This document shows positions 20,287-28,931 of a stretch of DNA of 64,000 nt, one piece after another; within the stretch, counting starts at the first letter, position 1, and the number at the start of each line of letters is the position of its first letter. The position numbers and the translations under genes are program-made. The notes below the pieces were generated by a model. It did no database searches and was not told where the DNA came from. It was given only the letters and a program-made list of their open reading frames with translations. The stretch lies in assembly GCA_937934685.1 (NCBI GenBank), contig CALGYU010000019.1, positions 7,373 to 71,372 on the forward strand, in the 5' to 3' direction. This DNA is from an uncultured Acholeplasma sp. Its GTDB lineage: Bacteria; Bacillota_I; Bacilli_A; Acholeplasmatales; Acholeplasmataceae.

Positions 20287-23200
20287 ATGATAAAGATGAA
20301 AGACATGATTAATTTAGAGCCCAATTTACAGACATTAGAAAAAATAGAAATTGCTTTAAGTCAAGCAGTGCCTTTATCTGAATATCAAACCCTAATGATA
20401 AAAAAACTAGAAGTGTTATACCAACTTCAAAGATATGCAGAAGCCATTGAAGAGATAACACCTTACTTAAAACAAAAAGAATTCCAACAACCTTTAGCTA
20501 ACGATGAAATGTTATACCACGTAACCTTTAAACATGCATTAAAACTAAAACTAGAGGACTTATGTCATGAAATGATTCAAAAAAGAAAAGAAAGATTACC
20601 AATTGATCGTAGATACTTGGCAATAGAAGATGAAATAACTTATTTAACAACTAAAAATGAGCCAATTGAACATCTCTTATTAGAACTTCTTTCAACACTC
20701 ATTAGTCAAAATGATAAAAGAAAATATCTAGAACAACTCATGGAACTATATGCAACTCAAAATGATTATCAAAAGGTTGTTTTAATCTATGAAAAAAATG
20801 AAGCCTCTGATTTTAACAAAGGACTTTATGGTAGATTTTTAGAAGCCTTAGTTCAAATAGGAGAAACCACAAAAGCACAAGCTTTATCTTTAAAATACAT
20901 CGACCATCCCATGGTGAAAAAAGATGCCTATTACGTTTTAATGACATGTTATATCAATCAAAACGATCAACATAAACTCATGATTTTAGAAACCGAACAT
21001 GAAGATTTTATAGAAAAACAAGAAGAGAAATTCCAACTAAAAATTTATGAAAATCTATTAAGTTTTTACCAAAAAATTAGCAACAAACCATCTATTAATT
21101 TATACGACAGCAAAATCAAACGCATCAAAAGAAATTTAAAAAAAGAAGAAAAACAAACTAACCTAGATTCAACAGATGATTCAGAATCAAATGAAACAAC
21201 CATCTATCAACCAACCACAAACTACATAAAACCTAAAAAAGAGAATCAATATGTTTTTCAATTTGAAGCACTTCATGACATGATTCTTTTTAGTCATCAA
21301 ATCAATGAACAAAAAATCTTAAGAGAATATTTAAGAACTTTCTTTTCAAAATTAGAAGACTACATTAAACCAATCGAGTTTATTGTGTATCTTAAAGAAG
21401 AAAAGGAGTTACACCAATATAAAAAAGAAAGATTATACGATAAAAAAATCATAGACTCATGGTTATATGAAACACCATTTGAACATGTCTTAGACACAAA
21501 TGAAGAAATCATGAGTACCATCACCGCTTTAAAATTCAAAAAAAATATCATTACACAAAAAACATATGAAGAAAACATTTCATACCTATATATCTTCCCT
21601 ATCGAAAATATAGGCGTTTTTGGTGTTCATCTAGAAGAAAACTTAATTGAGCCAAGCAAATATTATGATCTGCTCAAAGGAATTAGCCACATTTTATACA
21701 CACACATCATTGATGAAAGAGTACACTCAAAACTAAGAAACGAAAATCTCTTTTTAACCAAAGTCATCAATTCACCTTTAATTTCTTACCGCTTATTAAC
21801 CGATAGAATTACACACTATAACCAAGCAGCCCAAAATCTATTATCTATCGAACCACACCTTCCCTTAGAACTTTTTTTAATTGATATGGAATATCATCAA
21901 GTCAACGCCTATAAAAGAGTCATTAAAGATTTAATGAGCAAACCCAATCAAGAAAAAGAACTCATCTATTTATATCAAAATAGACAAATTAGAGAAAAAC
22001 TATATAGCATTTATGACCAAAATGAAATCAAGATCATCAGTTTTTTTGAAGACCTTACCAAAACACAAGAAGAAAAAAATAAGTTATTAGAAGAAGCCAC
22101 TGTAGACATAGAAACCAGAGTTTTAAACCTAAATGCGTTAAACCGACATATGGATAAATACTTAGAAGAAAAGGGAAGTTTTTTTCTCATTGAATTAATA
22201 GGGGAACATAAAACCATTTATGGATATGAAGAAACCATCAAATTTTACCTAGAATTTGCACAAGTAACTAAAAAATATTTTAACGAAGGCATGACTTACC
22301 GCTATGATGATAAACAATGGCTTGTTTATGTCTCACAAAACGACATTAGAACGTGTACTAAGCTCATTAAAGGATATTTAAGACACTTAGACGAATACTT
22401 GCCACAAAGCCTTAAATACGAGCAGTTTAACGTCATAATCAGTGCTTTAAGATACCCTGTATCAACAACAGATAAAAACAAGATGCACATTTACCGATAT
22501 TTAGAAATAGCCTTAGATAAAGCGAAACGAATTAAAAATGAACTGGTTTTCTTTGAATACCAGATGTATGAAGAAGAAATCTTTGAGCAACAAGTCATTG
22601 ACTATTTAAATGTAGCCTTAGAACAAAAACAATTTATTCTATCCTTTAATCAAATCATTGATATTGAGAAAAACATCATTTGGCAATACGAAAGTGAAAT
22701 AGCTTTATCCAATATTTCAGTGGATCATAGATATTTATACCAAATAGCTAAAAAAAGAAATAGACTATTTGAACTAGAAAAATATCATGTGAAATTAGTG
22801 TGTGAGTTTTTAAGACAACTTGAACTAGAAACTCAAAAACTCATTAAATTAACGATCCCTATTACAAAGGAAACCTTTTTAGATCCAACGTTTAATGCCT
22901 ATGTATTAGGAGTTTTTAAAAGCTATCAAATTCCATATGAATTCATTCGATTAAAATGTATAGCAGATGACATTAAAGAATCACACAAAGTGAGAATCAA
23001 TGAATTAATTGACCATGGTATTTCACTTGATGCAACCTCATTAGATGTGGCATTAACACATCCGTTTAACGCATTACATATGAATCATAAAAAACTGGAT
23101 ACCAAATGGAAACACTACATTCAATCAATCCACAATGTGTTAACAGAATTAGGAATTGCTTTTGTCATTAGAAATGTAAAAACGAAAGCCGATAAAGATG

Positions 23201-23307
23201 AGTTAAAAAACATGGGCATTCGTTATGTAGAAGGAAATGTGTATAAAAAAGTAACATCTGAGGATTTAATTCAAAAAATTAAAGAGGTGATGAGCGATGG
23301 CCTATGA
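20287..23307 (+). CDS. Large signalling protein: helical/TPR-like N-terminus, sensory (GAF/PAS-like) middle, degenerate GGDEF and EAL domains
   Basis: DIETRVLN...FFLIEL...YGY...YRYDDKQW follows the GGDEF layout; FILSFNQIID...QYESEI...LGIAFVIRNVKT...GIRYVEG follows the EAL layout. Confidence 0.75.
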   Translation: MIKMKDMINLEPNLQTLEKIEIALSQAVPLSEYQTLMIKKLEVLYQLQRYAEAIEEITPYLKQKEFQQPLANDEMLYHVTFKHALKLKLEDLCHEMIQKRKERLPIDRRYLAIEDEITYLTTKNEPIEHLLLELLSTLISQNDKRKYLEQLMELYATQNDYQKVVLIYEKNEASDFNKGLYGRFLEALVQIGETTKAQALSLKYIDHPMVKKDAYYVLMTCYINQNDQHKLMILETEHEDFIEKQEEKFQLKIYENLLSFYQKISNKPSINLYDSKIKRIKRNLKKEEKQTNLDSTDDSESNETTIYQPTTNYIKPKKENQYVFQFEALHDMILFSHQINEQKILREYLRTFFSKLEDYIKPIEFIVYLKEEKELHQYKKERLYDKKIIDSWLYETPFEHVLDTNEEIMSTITALKFKKNIITQKTYEENISYLYIFPIENIGVFGVHLEENLIEPSKYYDLLKGISHILYTHIIDERVHSKLRNENLFLTKVINSPLISYRLLTDRITHYNQAAQNLLSIEPHLPLELFLIDMEYHQVNAYKRVIKDLMSKPNQEKELIYLYQNRQIREKLYSIYDQNEIKIISFFEDLTKTQEEKNKLLEEATVDIETRVLNLNALNRHMDKYLEEKGSFFLIELIGEHKTIYGYEETIKFYLEFAQVTKKYFNEGMTYRYDDKQWLVYVSQNDIRTCTKLIKGYLRHLDEYLPQSLKYEQFNVIISALRYPVSTTDKNKMHIYRYLEIALDKAKRIKNELVFFEYQMYEEEIFEQQVIDYLNVALEQKQFILSFNQIIDIEKNIIWQYESEIALSNISVDHRYLYQIAKKRNRLFELEKYHVKLVCEFLRQLELETQKLIKLTIPITKETFLDPTFNAYVLGVFKSYQIPYEFIRLKCIADDIKESHKVRINELIDHGISLDATSLDVALTHPFNALHMNHKKLDTKWKHYIQSIHNVLTELGIAFVIRNVKTKADKDELKNMGIRYVEGNVYKKVTSEDLIQKIKEVMSDGL

Positions 23308-24364
23308 GCTAATTAAAAAAGCTTGTTTAAGACAAGAAGGGGCTTTAAAATTTAAAGCGATGTCTTCATTTTTAGTTTTAGAAGATGTGGATTTAATGAT
23401 TGAAAAGTTTTTTGTAAGAAAAGATAACGATCATGCAAGCATCTTACTAGATGTTTTTGGATTACTTCAAAGTTTTTTTGTCGGAGTAGATGCTTTATAC
23501 AACTTATCCATTGGAAGTACAAAGTATAAATACCATATCAATATTAACCAAAATCAAGTTTTAAAACAGTTAAAATTTGTTAGAAATGATATTGTAGGTC
23601 ATCCGACACATAGAACCTATGATGATGGAGAAGTTGGTTTTTCATTAATAGATGATCAAACAGTCAGTCGTGAAAAATTAACATATACCACATACATTTA
23701 CAAAAAAAATAAAGAACAAAAAAAACAAGTACGTACCATCTATTTTAAAGAATTAAAAGAAGCATATAAAAACGAGAAAACTATTTTATTAGAAGAATTA
23801 ACTAACTTTTTAGAAGAACAAAGAGATTTTAAAGAAATCAAACCATTTATTGCATATGTTTTTCAAAAAGCAACCATGCAAGAATATGATATGGAAGACC
23901 TGGATAAACTAGCCTCTGAGTTTGTCAAAAAAGCCAACATAAAAGCAGATTCTAATCACCGTTTTTTATGGAGAATCAGAGTCTTAAAAAGCTTATATAC
24001 GTGGAAAGATGAAAAACATCAAGATGTTATCTCTTTTATGATTTTAAAACAACTAGCTAAATTAGATTCGATTATTTCAGATACTCTAAATCAATCAAAA
24101 ACAAATTATAAAATAAAACTACCAAAAGTCATTAGACAATTTTATCTATTTATGGATAAACAAGGTAATTCCACAGAATTACTACAAAATATCAATGACC
24201 TAGATCATCCCTTATTTACCAATGATGTTGAAGGACTCATTAAGTTATCACCACCAAAAGCAGTTAAAGAGTTATTAGTGTGGTTAAAAGGCATGAAACA
24301 CGGGCCACACGTATATTCTTTAGGAAGCGTCTTAAAAGAATATAAGAAAAGAAAAAAATTGTGA
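23297..24364 (+). CDS. Hypothetical protein with a putative HEPN-like N-terminal domain
   Basis: GLLQSFFVGVDAL...LKFVRNDIVGHPT (R-N-x4-H); overlaps the upstream gene by 11 nt; SD GAGGTG. Confidence 0.55.
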   Translation: MAYELIKKACLRQEGALKFKAMSSFLVLEDVDLMIEKFFVRKDNDHASILLDVFGLLQSFFVGVDALYNLSIGSTKYKYHININQNQVLKQLKFVRNDIVGHPTHRTYDDGEVGFSLIDDQTVSREKLTYTTYIYKKNKEQKKQVRTIYFKELKEAYKNEKTILLEELTNFLEEQRDFKEIKPFIAYVFQKATMQEYDMEDLDKLASEFVKKANIKADSNHRFLWRIRVLKSLYTWKDEKHQDVISFMILKQLAKLDSIISDTLNQSKTNYKIKLPKVIRQFYLFMDKQGNSTELLQNINDLDHPLFTNDVEGLIKLSPPKAVKELLVWLKGMKHGPHVYSLGSVLKEYKKRKKL

Positions 24365-24393
24365 TATAATATTTATAGCAAGGAGTGATTATT

Positions 24394-24594
24394 ATGGCAT
24401 GGAATGATGAAACCTATTTAATAGGTGAAAAAGTAAAAGTCGAATTAGAAAAAGACTTTGGAATTGTAACAAGAATTGATTTTCAAAGTGGCTTGATTTA
24501 CGTTTTATTTAAAAAAATGCGTGAAGTTGCTTATCCATATCCAGAGGCAATTGAGGAAAATATTATTATCCCACAAGTGAATAAAAAAGCATAA
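24394..24594 (+). CDS. Small conserved-looking protein, SH3/Tudor-like beta barrel
   Basis: AGGAG SD; own extended -10 TGATATAAT at 24362; IGEKVKV...FGIVTRID...IYVLF pattern. Confidence 0.65.
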   Translation: MAWNDETYLIGEKVKVELEKDFGIVTRIDFQSGLIYVLFKKMREVAYPYPEAIEENIIIPQVNKKA

Positions 24595-24613
24595 TAGAAA
24601 GTCGAATTAAATA

Positions 24614-25300
24614 ATGAAAAAATTCTTTAAAAAGTTATGGAGATTATTCATTAATTTTTGGAAAAAAATATATGAAATGATCATTGAAATGAAAACACTA
24701 AGAGGTATTTTAGCGCTTTTTATTTCATATATGATTTACCAAGGATGGGCAGTAGTTTTTATTATTTTAGGTTTTATTTTTCAAAATGCATGGTTATCAA
24801 GTGTAGGTGGAGTTGTTATCGCAATTTGGGTAGGACCCGGAACCCCACTAATACCTTTGGTGATTGCAACCGCATATTTTATTCAAAGATATATTTTAAG
24901 GGATAAGAGTCGAAATATTAAAAAAGAACAGGGGAGTAAACCAATGGAAATATGTAAAAGAAATGGATATTGTATTTCTGTAGATGTCTTAGCAGATCAA
25001 ACCATAGAATTTAGTTATTACAGATTAGGTAGCACAAGCGAAGAATCATTTTATGTTTCAGCAGCATCAAAATATGAAACCAGTCTATTGGTTGATCCAA
25101 AAGAAAAAGAGCATTTTCTAGATGCTCTACACAATCAATCAGAATACAACGTTAAAAAAAGACCAAAGAGTAGAGATGAGATTTTAAACGCTATCTTACT
25201 TCGTTTTAATATGATTGAAAGCATTGAAGAAATTAAGAACTTTTTAGATCTAAATAAAATAAAATACGAAGAAAAAAAATGGGTTGAGTTTTACGATTAA
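24614..25300 (+). CDS. Membrane protein (N-terminal TMs) with soluble C-terminal domain; possible two-gene fusion
   Basis: Hydrophobic segments at about aa 30-92; internal GGAG-N8-ATG at 24944 in frame. Confidence 0.6.
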   Translation: MKKFFKKLWRLFINFWKKIYEMIIEMKTLRGILALFISYMIYQGWAVVFIILGFIFQNAWLSSVGGVVIAIWVGPGTPLIPLVIATAYFIQRYILRDKSRNIKKEQGSKPMEICKRNGYCISVDVLADQTIEFSYYRLGSTSEESFYVSAASKYETSLLVDPKEKEHFLDALHNQSEYNVKKRPKSRDEILNAILLRFNMIESIEEIKNFLDLNKIKYEEKKWVEFYD

Positions 25301-25376
25301 TTTATAATCACTTTTTAGGAAACTGATTTTGAAACATGTTATAATACCTTTGTGTCAAAACAAAGGAGCTGTAAAA

Positions 25377-25715
25377 ATGACTGAAAAAGCTTATAAAGAG
25401 TGGATAGAAACAGAATACTTAAAAAAGAAACAATCAACGATTGAAGCGTTAAGAAGCCTATCTGTCGAACAGTTAACGAAACATATAAGGGAATATAAAG
25501 AGTTTATCATTTCATTTAGTGAGGAAAATGAACTTTATATTAAAGAAGCTAAAATTGAAGAACATGTTATCAATCAATTAAGTGAGATTCAAGCATTAGA
25601 AAAAACATTAGAACATGATATAACAACTCAATTGGCCCATATTATGTTAGAAGAAGAAATTATTGTTCATGTTATTCAAAAGGCAAAAGAAGAAAGTAAG
25701 AAACCAAAATGCTAA
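25377..25715 (+). CDS. Hypothetical helical protein
   Basis: AAGGAG SD before ATG 25377; followed by a terminator. Confidence 0.65.
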   Translation: MTEKAYKEWIETEYLKKKQSTIEALRSLSVEQLTKHIREYKEFIISFSEENELYIKEAKIEEHVINQLSEIQALEKTLEHDITTQLAHIMLEEEIIVHVIQKAKEESKKPKC

Positions 25716-25743
25716 GCACATGAATCTATGTGCTTTTATTTTT
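25714..25743 (+). terminator. Intrinsic terminator
   Basis: aagcacat-gaatct-atgtgctt followed by T-rich tail. Confidence 0.6.
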
Positions 25744-25757
25744 AAGGGGGGAACTAA

Positions 25758-26483
25758 ATGATTCAATTAACATCACAAAATAAAGTGATTATTCAACAAA
25801 TAGATCATAACAAAAGAGATTTAGTTTTAATTTTTCCTGGTGGGGGATATCAAAGAACCTCATTAAGAGAAGGAAAACCGGTTGCAGAAATGTTTAACAA
25901 TCTAGGATACCACACAGCTATTTACGAATATAGACATACTTTATTAAAACACCCTGATGTGATTAATGAAGCTATGGATGTATTACATCAAATCAAACAA
26001 TTACCTTTTGTTCATAGAGTTTTAATTATAGGTTTTTCAGCAGGCGGACACTTAGCACTACATACCATTGAAAAAAGACCTAAAGATATTCATGCAGGTA
26101 TTTTATGTTACCCTGTTGTGTCAACTGACCCTAGTATTGCTCATCAAGGATCGTTTGACTTTTTATTAAACGAACATCAAAACAAAGATGAAGTTAGTTT
26201 AGAAAACCATGTCTCAGAAAAAATGCCACCAATTTTCTTATGGCACACCTTAGAAGACCAAAGTGTTCCAGTAGAAAACAGTATGGTTTTACTTAAAAAA
26301 CTACATGAAAAAGGTGTTTCTGTAGAAGCACACTTTTATCCTAAGGGTAAACATGGGTTATCACTAGCAAACGAGCAAACACCTTTTGATTCAATGGATA
26401 AAGATGAATTTGCAAAAGAAAACAAACATGTATCAACATGGACAAAAACATTAAAAAAATGGCTGGAGGATATAGCGTGTTAA
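25758..26483 (+). CDS. Alpha/beta hydrolase (acetyl esterase/lipase family)
   Basis: PGGGY oxyanion loop, GFSAGG nucleophile elbow, D..VP, HG. Confidence 0.88.
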   Translation: MIQLTSQNKVIIQQIDHNKRDLVLIFPGGGYQRTSLREGKPVAEMFNNLGYHTAIYEYRHTLLKHPDVINEAMDVLHQIKQLPFVHRVLIIGFSAGGHLALHTIEKRPKDIHAGILCYPVVSTDPSIAHQGSFDFLLNEHQNKDEVSLENHVSEKMPPIFLWHTLEDQSVPVENSMVLLKKLHEKGVSVEAHFYPKGKHGLSLANEQTPFDSMDKDEFAKENKHVSTWTKTLKKWLEDIAC

Positions 26484-27232
26484 AAAAACAATTAGAAGAA
26501 ATGGGACTAAAAAAGACAGATACTGTTTTAATACATAGTTCCTTAAAAGCAATTAATCAAGATGTAGATGTTGTATTAGATGATTTAATGTCATACTTTA
26601 GTGAAGGGTTATTATTAATGCCTACGCATACTTGGAAACAAATGAATGAAACCTATAATTTCTTTGATCCAGAAAAAGAAGCATCATGTGTAGGACTATT
26701 AACAGAAAGTTTTAGAAAACGACCAGGAGTACTTAGAAGTCTTCATCCAACCCATTCTATGGCTGGGTATGGAAAAGAAGCTAAAAATTACTTAGCGGGT
26801 GATGAGTATGCCATTACACCGGTATCACCTAATGGTACATGGGGTAGATTAAGCCAAGTGGATGCAACCATCATGTTGGTTGGATGCGATATGATAAGAA
26901 ATACATTTGTTCATGCAGTAGAAGAAATGATGGGGGTACCTAATCGTTTCACTCCTAAACCAATTACTTTTAAAGTTAAAAAGGATAACAGTGTTATTAT
27001 TCAAAAATCACATAAACATTTTAATGCTGAAAACCCACATTTATCTGAAAACTTTAAAAAAGCAGAAAATAAATTAATTGAGTTAGGCATCATTAAAAAA
27101 GGAAAATTTGGAGATGCAGATGTTTTATACATGAAAGCATTAGAACTACAAGAAAAAATTATGGAGTGGTTAGAACTAGATATTGATCTATTTAGTGATA
27201 CAAAGCCAATGGAAGATCATATCAACATATAA
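26477..27232 (+). CDS. AAC(3)/YokD-family N-acetyltransferase
   Basis: VLIHSSL, LLMPT, GLLTESFRK.PGV.RSLHPTHS, NTFVH.VEE; GGAGG SD before GTG 26477. Confidence 0.88.
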   Translation: MLKKQLEEMGLKKTDTVLIHSSLKAINQDVDVVLDDLMSYFSEGLLLMPTHTWKQMNETYNFFDPEKEASCVGLLTESFRKRPGVLRSLHPTHSMAGYGKEAKNYLAGDEYAITPVSPNGTWGRLSQVDATIMLVGCDMIRNTFVHAVEEMMGVPNRFTPKPITFKVKKDNSVIIQKSHKHFNAENPHLSENFKKAENKLIELGIIKKGKFGDADVLYMKALELQEKIMEWLELDIDLFSDTKPMEDHINI

Positions 27233-27243
27233 AAGGAGAACGT

Positions 27244-27924
27244 ATGATTAATATTTTAGTAAGTCGTAAAAGTAAATTATTAGAACCCAAAATGGTTTCT
27301 AAAATCAAACCAATGATTCAGGCAGATGATAAGGTTGCTATTTTAGGATTCTCTTTTTTTGAAAAACAAATTAAAAACAAAGAAGATTGGGAAAATTATT
27401 ATGGAATAAACACTGAATATCATAATGATTGTCAACTTATCTTCACTCAATTAGGCATCAAATCAGAAAATATCGTTTGGTTAAATTATTTTAAGCATAC
27501 TAAAGAAACATTAATTAAAATAATTAACGAAAGCCAAGTGCTTTTTCTTCCTGGTGGAGCACCAGATGAAATGATGGAACGCATCCATGAAAAAGAAATC
27601 ACAGAAACCTTAGAAAACTTTGATGGCTTGGTTATTGGTTCAAGTGCAGGCGCGATGATTCAGTTTAATTATTTTCATATAAGTAAAGATAATGACTATA
27701 AAGCATTTAATATATGTGATGGCTTAGGATATTTAAAAGATTTTAGTATTGAAGTTCATTATAAAAGAAAAAAGGTTCAAAAAAGCGGTATGAAAAAGGC
27801 ATCGAAAATATTTAAACGAGATGTCTACATATTGCCTGATGATGCGGCTATTGTTTGTGAAAAAGATCAAATCACACTCATGGATGGGGCAAGAAAAATA
27901 TATCATAAGGGCAAAAAGATTTAA
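27244..27924 (+). CDS. Peptidase S51 (peptidase E-like) class I glutamine amidotransferase-fold protein
   Basis: LFLPGG, IGSSAGAM, GLG, IEVHY. Confidence 0.82.
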   Translation: MINILVSRKSKLLEPKMVSKIKPMIQADDKVAILGFSFFEKQIKNKEDWENYYGINTEYHNDCQLIFTQLGIKSENIVWLNYFKHTKETLIKIINESQVLFLPGGAPDEMMERIHEKEITETLENFDGLVIGSSAGAMIQFNYFHISKDNDYKAFNICDGLGYLKDFSIEVHYKRKKVQKSGMKKASKIFKRDVYILPDDAAIVCEKDQITLMDGARKIYHKGKKI

Positions 27925-27936
27925 TTATAGATTTAA

Positions 27937-27965
27937 TTGACATCCTTTTATATTTGCGTTAAGAT
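27937..27965 (+). promoter_or_regulatory. Sigma-A promoter of small ORF 28027
   Basis: TTGACA-17 bp-TAAGAT. Confidence 0.6.
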
Positions 27966-28026
27966 AGTAGTATATAAAACAGTTCAAAACTATTTTAAAT
28001 ATAAGGCAGAGAAAGGATGTTTTTTT

Positions 28027-28218
28027 ATGAAAGAAAACCAAAAAAAGCTAGAAGTCATCAAAGATGCGATCGATAAACGATTAAGAGAGCTCTATGAAGA
28101 CAAAAAATCAGAAGTATGCAAAGAGGCACAAATGCTTGAGTACTTAATGTGCTTAGTAGAAGCAGATCCAGATGATGAAGGATATGCAACAAGTTGCTTA
28201 ATTAGAATGTATGACTAA
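28027..28218 (+). CDS. Small hypothetical protein (63 aa, 3 Cys)
   Basis: AAAGGA SD, own promoter and terminator. Confidence 0.6.
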   Translation: MKENQKKLEVIKDAIDKRLRELYEDKKSEVCKEAQMLEYLMCLVEADPDDEGYATSCLIRMYD

Positions 28219-28220
28219 AG

Positions 28221-28257
28221 AAAAAAGCTGATAGAATAACTATCAGCTCTTTTTTTA
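28221..28257. terminator. Bidirectional terminator between small ORF and sodA
   Basis: A run-agctgatag-aataa-ctatcagct-T run. Confidence 0.8.
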
Positions 28258-28261
28258 TGAA

Positions 28262-28867
28262 TTATTTTGCTTCTTTAAATAATGATTCAACTTTATCCCA
28301 GTTAACAACGCTGAAGAATGCTTCAACATAGTCAGGACGACGGTTTTGATAATTTAAGTAATAAGCATGTTCCCAAACATCTAATCCTAAAATAGGTGTT
28401 CCTAAATTTAATGGTGTATCTTGGTTTGGAGTAGAAGTAACTACTAATTTTCCATTTTTATCTACTAATAACCAAGCCCATCCGCTACCAAATCTAGTTT
28501 TAGCTGCAGTTGCAAATAAATCTTTAAATTTCTCAAATGATTCAAAATCACGAACAATAGCTTTTGCTAAATCGCCTTTTGGACCTTCTCCGTTATTAAC
28601 TTTTAAAGTTTCCCAAAATAATGAGTGGTTATAATGTCCGCCACCATTGTTTTGAACAGCTCCTCTAATGTCTGCAGGTACTAAAGATAAATCTGCAAGC
28701 ATCTCATTTAAACTTAAAGTTAGTTCAGGGTGTTTCTCTAAAGCAACGTTTAAGTTAGTAACATAAGCGTTATGGTGTTTTGTATGATGTATCTCCATAG
28801 TTCTTGCGTCAATGAATGGTTCTAAAGCATCATAAGCATAAGGTAATTTTGGTAAATCGTATTTCAT
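28262..28867 (-). CDS. sodA: Superoxide dismutase (Mn-type)
   Basis: [44 protein letters not shown]. Confidence 0.97.
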   Translation of the reverse strand: MKYDLPKLPYAYDALEPFIDARTMEIHHTKHHNAYVTNLNVALEKHPELTLSLNEMLADLSLVPADIRGAVQNNGGGHYNHSLFWETLKVNNGEGPKGDLAKAIVRDFESFEKFKDLFATAAKTRFGSGWAWLLVDKNGKLVVTSTPNQDTPLNLGTPILGLDVWEHAYYLNYQNRRPDYVEAFFSVVNWDKVESLFKEAK

Positions 28868-28931
28868 AATTATTCCTCCCTAATGTGAATCTCTACTATC
28901 ATTTTACACGTTATTAAGAAGGATTTCAAAG

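Noticed and set aside
24436-24609. 12-bp direct repeat AAAGTCGAATTA at about 24436 and 24598
   Set aside because: Only two copies, one inside a CDS, AT-rich; no array or mobile element; likely chance
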